63,207 nucleotides of DNA from Candidatus Zixiibacteriota bacterium. GTDB lineage: Bacteria; Zixibacteria; MSB-5A5; GN15; FEB-12. A program made the translations under genes and the position numbers. This document shows positions 57,422 to 63,207 of the stretch, piece by piece. Location: NCBI GenBank assembly GCA_028715215.1, contig JAQUSF010000003.1, positions 1-63,207 of the forward strand. Direction: 5' to 3'. The notes under the pieces were generated by a model. The model had not been told where the DNA came from. It ran no database searches and was given only the letters and a program-made list of their open reading frames with translations. Every line of letters starts with the position of its first letter. Position 1 is the stretch's first letter.

Positions 57422-58345
57422 TCAGCCGGTAAAATAAGCTACGGTCTTTTTTAAACCTTCGGCAAAACCGACTGTGGGTTTATATCCGATTTTCCTGATT
57501 TTATCAATCGAAGCGTAGGAATAACGAATATCGCCCGCCCGGGCCGGTTTATATTCGGCTTTCAAATTCATGCCGGTTATGTTACGCAATTCATCGAGGA
57601 GCTGGTTGAGGGTGAACTGTTCTCCCCCGGCCACATTGAAGACATCGCCGACCATGCTATCGTTCTCGGCCGCCAGGAGATTGGCATCGACGCAATTATC
57701 GATATAAATAAAATCGCGCGTCTGCTCGCCGTCGCCGAATACCGTGGGGGCTTTTTTTGCAGCAAATCGTGAAATAAAACAGGGAATCACAGCGGCATAG
57801 TCACTCTTTGGGTCCTGCCGGGGACCGAAGATATTGAAATAGCGTAAAGCCACGGTCGGAAATTTATATAACTGCCAGTAAATGCGCAGATAGTGTTCGC
57901 CGGTCAGTTTGTGGACGGCATAGGGAGAGAGGGGTTGGGGCGTCATTTTTTCGTGTTTGGGAAGTTCCGGGGAGTCGCCGTAAACAGCTGCCGAGGAAGC
58001 CATGATAAGCTTGCGCACGCCGGCATTCCGGGAATGCTCCAGCATATTGAGGGTGCCGTTTAAGTTAATTTCGTGGGCGGTCAGCGGGTCCTCGATTGAA
58101 GCCTGTACCGAAGCCAGCGCCGCCTGGTGGAAAACGAAGTCGATGCCATCCACGGCTTTTCTGACGGTGTCGCCGTCGCGGATATCGCCCCGGATTAGCT
58201 CGATATCGTTCTTGATATCAGCAAGATTGGCTTCTTTGCCAGAAGAAAAGTTATCCAGGATCCGTACCTGATGCCCCATTTGAACCAGTTTATGAGCGAT
58301 GTTGGAGCCGATAAAGCCGGCTCCGCCGGTAATAAGGTAATTCAT
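57422..58345 (-). CDS. NAD-dependent nucleotide-sugar epimerase/dehydratase (extended SDR)
   Basis: GGAGFIGSN; the catalytic Ser region ASSAAVYG is followed by YAVHK (YxxxK). Confidence 0.85.
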   Translation of the reverse strand: MNYLITGGAGFIGSNIAHKLVQMGHQVRILDNFSSGKEANLADIKNDIELIRGDIRDGDTVRKAVDGIDFVFHQAALASVQASIEDPLTAHEINLNGTLNMLEHSRNAGVRKLIMASSAAVYGDSPELPKHEKMTPQPLSPYAVHKLTGEHYLRIYWQLYKFPTVALRYFNIFGPRQDPKSDYAAVIPCFISRFAAKKAPTVFGDGEQTRDFIYIDNCVDANLLAAENDSMVGDVFNVAGGEQFTLNQLLDELRNITGMNLKAEYKPARAGDIRYSYASIDKIRKIGYKPTVGFAEGLKKTVAYFTG

Positions 58346-58502
58346 ATATTTTCAAAATCCTGTTGCAAACGTTTCTTAACTAAAATGTCGGCTAATAATA
58401 ACATTAATTTAGTTGCTAAGTTGTTGATTGTTAATAAATAGACTATCCAGCAACGGTATTTTAAAATAATATGTACGCTTTGTCCAGTTGAATAGTTGTT
58501 TT

Positions 58503-59981
58503 TTATATCATTTTTTCGGTTTTATATGCGATAAAAAGAGCGGCCAGGGCGGATATCATGGCCATTATGGGAAAGTGGAAGCGGCCAAAACCAAAAAAGA
58601 CAAAATGCACCCCCGACCAGTATAATATGGTTGCCACCAGTAAATAAGCACCGGCGTTTAGATAGCGGGAGGGCCGGGCCAGAACCAGCAAGAAACCGCC
58701 CGCGGCCATAAAAAGTATCAAGATATAGTAATACTGAGCCATAAATCCCAGTATGACATAACCGTTGGTTTTGTTTTCACCGGCGGCCTGGATTAAATCA
58801 TAATGAACGGCATCAACGTCAATAGAGTAAAAATAAGCCACTTTCATCAGCCCGCGCTTGATAAAACTTAACGGGTGGTCGAGAATATATTTTTTTCCGA
58901 GGGTGAAACCAAGACTGTCATTATAGGCTTCATAAGCGGGATTATTGAGTACAAAAATGTTCGAATCGGGGGGAATCCAGCCCATCCCGGCTATGGGATT
59001 ATTGCCCAGGTACAGGTTAACGCCGCCGTTGGTGGCGATTGAGGCTGCTCCCAACTTATAGTGGTTTCTGACCATCCAGGGAACGACGACAAGGCTCAAG
59101 CCGACCAGGGCAATAAGGAAATTACGGAAGGCGGTGCGATGATAACCACTCTGCCATTTCCAGAAGGGAATTAAAAGGGGCAGGTAAACCAGTGTCAGTG
59201 CCCGCGTCAGGGTGGCCAGGCCGAGCGTAAGGCCGCCCATGAATATGGTGAACCGGTGAGAACGTGGCAAACCCGCTTCAGAAATACTTCTACCCCGGAT
59301 AAAAAGATACAGCGACAGAATAAAAAGAAAGGTAAACAGGTTTTCACTCAGTAACAGGTTCACGAACAAAATCTGGCTGGGGAAAAGTAACATGATGACC
59401 AGGGTCAGGCGGGCTACTTTTTCCAGCCATATTTTTCGGATAATAAGATAGGCCAGGTAACAAATTCCCAGGTTTAAAAGAATATTAGCGAATACGCCGA
59501 CCTGGGGTTGATGACCGAACAGCCAGTAAAGTCGAGACAGAAAGAAAGGGTAACCCGGCGGCCAGTTGGCGGTCGGGAAAGAGCCGTCGTAATAACCGCC
59601 CATTTTCAACCAGTTGAGCGCCAGTTCCTCGTAACCCAGGCAGTCAGCCCAGAACCGCAACGGCAGGAATATTTGGACCGCCAGGCGAAGGAGAAAACCC
59701 GCTATAAGAAAAAGTAACAGAAAACGAACTCGGCTCATATCCGTTATCCGGCGCGTCGTCAACGCCAGACCCAGGTTTACCCGGCGGTAAAATATAAGAT
59801 ATATGCCGATTATCAAAAGCGAACTCAGGCATATCTTGAACTGCAAAAAAGAATGCGGGTCGATGACGCCGTCGGGGCTTAAAAAGTATGCCTTTTCCTT
59901 AATCAGGGAAAAACCAAGCAGGGCCAAAAGACCGACCGCGGTCAGGATAACGCCGGCGATTATGCGAATTATGTTTTTCAT
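58503..59981 (-). CDS. GT-C fold membrane glycosyltransferase, family 39 (ArnT/PMT-like)
   Basis: About 12 TM helices; WPPGYPFFL in the first periplasmic loop region. Confidence 0.7.
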   Translation of the reverse strand: MKNIIRIIAGVILTAVGLLALLGFSLIKEKAYFLSPDGVIDPHSFLQFKICLSSLLIIGIYLIFYRRVNLGLALTTRRITDMSRVRFLLLFLIAGFLLRLAVQIFLPLRFWADCLGYEELALNWLKMGGYYDGSFPTANWPPGYPFFLSRLYWLFGHQPQVGVFANILLNLGICYLAYLIIRKIWLEKVARLTLVIMLLFPSQILFVNLLLSENLFTFLFILSLYLFIRGRSISEAGLPRSHRFTIFMGGLTLGLATLTRALTLVYLPLLIPFWKWQSGYHRTAFRNFLIALVGLSLVVVPWMVRNHYKLGAASIATNGGVNLYLGNNPIAGMGWIPPDSNIFVLNNPAYEAYNDSLGFTLGKKYILDHPLSFIKRGLMKVAYFYSIDVDAVHYDLIQAAGENKTNGYVILGFMAQYYYILILFMAAGGFLLVLARPSRYLNAGAYLLVATILYWSGVHFVFFGFGRFHFPIMAMISALAALFIAYKTEKMI

Positions 59982-59987
59982 CGGGTA

Positions 59988-61400
59988 TCAGTCCGCCTTA
60001 GTCCGGGAATATACGGTGTATTTAAGAGTATCGAAAGTAAAACTCGTTTCGCTTTTGTATTTTGAAATGAAGGTTGTATCGTTTATGAAACCGGAGATAG
60101 GACTGCCCACGGCACAAACCAGCCAGTCGGGTTTCTGGTCGATAATCAAATCGAAATAACGGCCGTTGCGGTTGTAAAAAACGGCGACCGGTGAAATCAA
60201 GCCGTCACGGTCGAGAATACGTCTTTTCGAGTAATAACCCATGTAGCCGATATCTTCTGCGGCGATGATATCATCGGGGTCGGTGTGGGCGTACAGGTAA
60301 TCACCGATCAGTCGATGAACGTTTTCCAGGGTCTGCTGAGTTCGGCGATGGTTTATGACCGGATGATAATTACTTGCCGTAAGGACGATTATCAAAAAGA
60401 AGGCGATAAGGCGTGAAGCCGTTTTTAAACCCGAAGCGGTTAATTTTAACCGGTCGGAAAAGAACAGGAAAGAAGCAGTGATAAAGATAAGATAGACGGG
60501 ATAAACCGGTACGATATACCAGAAAAAAATACGGGTGGGACTGAAAATAAAAAAGACCGCCATCCCGAGCATCCATATGATTTCCGAACCGCCGTAATTT
60601 TGTTTTTTTTTGAGCCACCAGCCGCCCGCCAGAGCGCCCGCAAGGAGCGGATAACCGAAATACTTATGAAAGCCCATCACCAGGCGCACGCGCTCCCATA
60701 GCGGCTCGATCCCGAATTGACTGTAAAGAGCCGTTTTGGCCGCGACAGCATGCGGGAGAGGAGAGCCGAAATAAAAGAAGGTGAAAGCCAGCCAGGGCAC
60801 AATCAGCATCATCGGCACGAGCAGATACGAACGCCAGTTGGCTCTGTCCCGGATAATGTTACCGGCCATGATAAGCACTAATAAACCCGCACCTTCGGGG
60901 CGGGTGACCGCCGCCAGGGTGGCCATGCCAACCGCATACAGGCGAAATTGCTTGTGCTGATAATAAAAAGCGGAGATAATCAGCAGGGTAAAAAGGGCGG
61001 TTTCCATTCCGGAAGTATCCGCTGGAAGCGAGCGGGGCCAGAGAATATATCCAACAGCTGGAATGACAGAAAAATGGCTGAACCGAAGTTGCTGGGCAAA
61101 ACGGTAGATGATTGTAGCGGTCAAGCCCGAGGACAACAGTGAGACAAACAACGCCGCTTTTGGCAGGGGAATAGAAAGGCTGGCGAACACTGTTAAAATA
61201 AGGGTGAAAAGAGGGGTAGAAGTTCCGAGGACTTTTTCACCGAGGTTATAAACAAAACCGTTCCCGGCGGCGATATTCTCGGCATAACGAAAAGTGATAA
61301 AGGCGTCATCGGCAATAAATCCGGTCAGGTAATTGAACGCCAGCCGCACAACAACCGCACATAAGAAAATAATCCCCAGATTTCGATTGGTGGAGGTCAT
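59988..61400 (-). CDS. polytopic membrane protein, probable GT-C fold glycosyltransferase
   Basis: DDAFITFRYAENIAAGNGFVYN follows TM1, then 10 or more TM helices and a soluble C-terminal domain. Confidence 0.6.
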   Translation of the reverse strand: MTSTNRNLGIIFLCAVVVRLAFNYLTGFIADDAFITFRYAENIAAGNGFVYNLGEKVLGTSTPLFTLILTVFASLSIPLPKAALFVSLLSSGLTATIIYRFAQQLRFSHFSVIPAVGYILWPRSLPADTSGMETALFTLLIISAFYYQHKQFRLYAVGMATLAAVTRPEGAGLLVLIMAGNIIRDRANWRSYLLVPMMLIVPWLAFTFFYFGSPLPHAVAAKTALYSQFGIEPLWERVRLVMGFHKYFGYPLLAGALAGGWWLKKKQNYGGSEIIWMLGMAVFFIFSPTRIFFWYIVPVYPVYLIFITASFLFFSDRLKLTASGLKTASRLIAFFLIIVLTASNYHPVINHRRTQQTLENVHRLIGDYLYAHTDPDDIIAAEDIGYMGYYSKRRILDRDGLISPVAVFYNRNGRYFDLIIDQKPDWLVCAVGSPISGFINDTTFISKYKSETSFTFDTLKYTVYSRTKAD

Positions 61401-61773
61401 AGTTTATATTACATAAACCGCATGGCAAGTGTCAAGGATAACCGTAGAGGTGTATAAATTGTAAGCGATAGTCAAAGCAGGTTGGCCTTGAGCCGTATGA
61501 TGAAAGAAGGAAACCGGCCGGAGGTCGGTCTCCTTTAAAAATCAAGCCCGGTTCCAGTGTGGTCACACTTACCATAAAAAAAACGCTTGACAAAACATGT
61601 CATATATTATATTGATTCAACAGGAAAACAGAGCGTCACAACACATTGCTGTACAAGACCAAGGAACGAGTTAAACATTTAGAGACAGATGTGTGCGTCA
61701 GCCATCTATCTAATTAAATGGCCGGGAACACACAGCACTCGACCATAGTTAACTTTTAAAGTAGGGGAAACAT

Positions 61774-62436
61774 ATGTTAAAGAATATTTTCTTTCTCCCG
61801 GTATTATTAATAATAGTAGTATTTAGTTCATCCCAATTTGTATCAGCACAACACTTTACTTCATTTTCTGATGAGCATTATATTCAATTGAAATTGGATT
61901 TGATAAGAAAAGGAATACAACAGGAAGATACCTGCAAAATCCTTATGGCTTTTTCTTCAGATGTTAGTTCTAAGGATAAATATTTGATAACCAAAGAATC
62001 TTTAGCACAAAGATTTCAAGCAATCTTGGAGAAGGCATCTGAACGTGATATAAAGTTACCTCGCCCCAATTTTCCTCGGTCAGATAGTCGTTTGAAAACA
62101 TCCGATTTCTGGGATTTCGATATTATAGACCCTAAAATTAAGATATTAGGAGACAGTGCGATAGTAGATTGCGAATTGGTTCTGTGGGGGGAAATAGCGG
62201 ATAATCCACAAAAAGGGTTAGGTCGAAAAGTAAAAGAAAGATTTGTTTTTAAATCACTTTCAATCTCTCAAATAACAACTATAGACCCTGACAGTACCGG
62301 AACTTTCAAAAGTAAAGCCAATAAAATAAAATCATCCTGGCAACTTGTAGAGTTTGACAGCCTTCTCGATTTTCTGGATAGTATTCCCAGTTTGAATGTA
62401 TCAAGTAATGAAAAATCGAGGGAGGAAACGAAATGA
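61774..62436 (+). CDS. secreted hypothetical protein in the low-GC island
   Basis: Signal peptide MLKNIFFLPVLLIIVVFSSSQFVSA. The codon usage is AT-rich, and no family was recognised. Confidence 0.6.
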   Translation: MLKNIFFLPVLLIIVVFSSSQFVSAQHFTSFSDEHYIQLKLDLIRKGIQQEDTCKILMAFSSDVSSKDKYLITKESLAQRFQAILEKASERDIKLPRPNFPRSDSRLKTSDFWDFDIIDPKIKILGDSAIVDCELVLWGEIADNPQKGLGRKVKERFVFKSLSISQITTIDPDSTGTFKSKANKIKSSWQLVEFDSLLDFLDSIPSLNVSSNEKSREETK

Positions 62437-63116
62437 GAAAAGAGATATTTTATAAATTACGTTTAATATTCTTATCAATAATTTGCCTTTTTTTCTGTAT
62501 GGGATGGATTTGTGAATCAGATAGCATAGATGATATTACTGATAAGCCAGAAGATGTCTGCCCTTATTACGATTCTGATTGTGATGATATTAGTAATGCT
62601 GTTGAAAATAACGATGCGAATGACTATCTTAATTTAAATCCCAATGTCAAAAACAGCAATCCCAGTATCGCACATGGAGACCCTTCATATGGATACATTA
62701 CCAATGCTATAAACTTAGTTAATAATGGTGAAGGTTATTATCATTTTTTAGGGGCAGATGTTATGGATACGGACGATTGGGGCGTTCTTCATATGATAAA
62801 TATGATAGAATCGGCTGGAAGAGAGTGGTCTGATAATGGTTTGTTCCCACCACTTATTGGGGTAGGTGATATTAGCCGTGGTGATTTAACTATGCAGGAA
62901 TTCGGTGGTGATTGGAACCCAGATCACACAAGCCATCAAAATGGATTGGACGTTGATGTTAGATATTTAAGGAAAGATGATTTAAATAATTCTTTGGATC
63001 TTAGTAGGCCTGAACAATTTGAGATTTATGATTATTCTGCTACAATAACTATGTTAAATAGGTTCATTTTTAATGGTAATATAGAGGTGGTTGCGGAAAA
63101 TCGGACAATTGATTAA
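62433..63116 (+). CDS. MepA-like (peptidase M74 / LAS-type) murein endopeptidase homologue, probably 3'-truncated
   Basis: The ATGA overlap with the upstream ORF indicates translational coupling. IGVGDISRGD...FGGDWNPDHTSHQNGLDVDVRYL matches the MepA H-x6-D zinc motif. No downstream HxH motif occurs before the stop. Confidence 0.6.
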   Translation: MRKEIFYKLRLIFLSIICLFFCMGWICESDSIDDITDKPEDVCPYYDSDCDDISNAVENNDANDYLNLNPNVKNSNPSIAHGDPSYGYITNAINLVNNGEGYYHFLGADVMDTDDWGVLHMINMIESAGREWSDNGLFPPLIGVGDISRGDLTMQEFGGDWNPDHTSHQNGLDVDVRYLRKDDLNNSLDLSRPEQFEIYDYSATITMLNRFIFNGNIEVVAENRTID

Positions 63117-63150
63117 GGTGGATTTGAGACTTTTGAAGGAGGATCAGATT

Positions 63151-63207
63151 CATGTCGAAGCGACGTAGTTTTTCCGCCGAGTTCAAAGCCCGGGTGGCGC
63201 TGGAGGC
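63151..63207 (+). mobile_element. 5' end of an IS3-family transposase OrfA; the element continues beyond the window
   Basis: ATG preceded by GAAGGAGG. The translation MSKRRSFSAEFKARVALE is the typical IS3/IS911-type HTH OrfA N-terminus. GC content jumps back up here. Confidence 0.7.

Noticed and set aside
61401-61773. ncRNA or integration-site (tRNA fragment) signal at the left border of the low-GC island
   Set aside because: A TTGACA promoter-like element (~61594) and small imperfect hairpins are present. I see no tRNA-like 3' fragment, direct repeat or convincing structured RNA. The region is most simply the promoter and leader of gene 61774..62436.
1-63207. CRISPR arrays or cas genes accompanying the TPR-CHAT/ECF sigma genes
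   Set aside because: I found no regularly spaced direct repeats in any intergenic region. No ORF resembles Cas7-11/gRAMP, Cas1 or Cas2. The only tandem repeat is 2 x 13 bp at 9122-9147.
1-63207. tRNA, rRNA, tmRNA, SRP RNA or RNase P RNA genes
   Set aside because: No intergenic gap contains a cloverleaf-like segment (no GGTTCGAATCC-type T-arm outside coding sequence). None contains conserved rRNA or SRP RNA strings. A covariance-model scan would be needed to be certain.

Overview
This 63.2-kb chromosomal window is probably from an uncultivated Gram-negative bacterium. The evidence for that is an Omp85/TamB pair and two secreted proteases ending in T9SS-type C-terminal sorting domains, which is FCB-superphylum-like. 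No rRNA is present, so taxonomy is unresolved. About 50 genes are packed mostly on the minus strand. The housekeeping backbone includes ffh-rpsP-KH-rimM-trmD-rplS, ispG, rnhB-yraN, rsmD, rsmB, tsaD, nfi, corA, tamA/tamB and an M16 peptidase pair. Interleaved with it is an accessory secretome: two giant S8 subtilases, a CotH-LTD-dockerin protein, an ankyrin-MBL fusion and beta-propeller proteins. I saw no rRNA, tRNA or CRISPR array. The most interesting loci are four. (1) A tightly coupled ECF sigma / 184-aa orphan / TPR-CHAT protease operon (14833-18707) lies directly upstream of a 1460-aa modular exoprotease. It resembles the Csx29-Csx30/31-RpoE protease-sigma signalling arm of type III-E CRISPR loci, but has no Cas genes. 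(2) An isolated plus-strand gene (51915-53018) fuses a DprA/SLOG-like Rossmann domain to an AbiGi-like domain and is a candidate single-gene conflict or abortive-infection system. (3) A low-GC island at the 3' end holds two translationally coupled secreted proteins. The second is a MepA-like murein endopeptidase apparently truncated by an IS3-family element. (4) An orphan AT-rich region contains a plus-strand-specific intrinsic terminator and may encode an sRNA. All family assignments come from motif recognition by eye, not from database searches.
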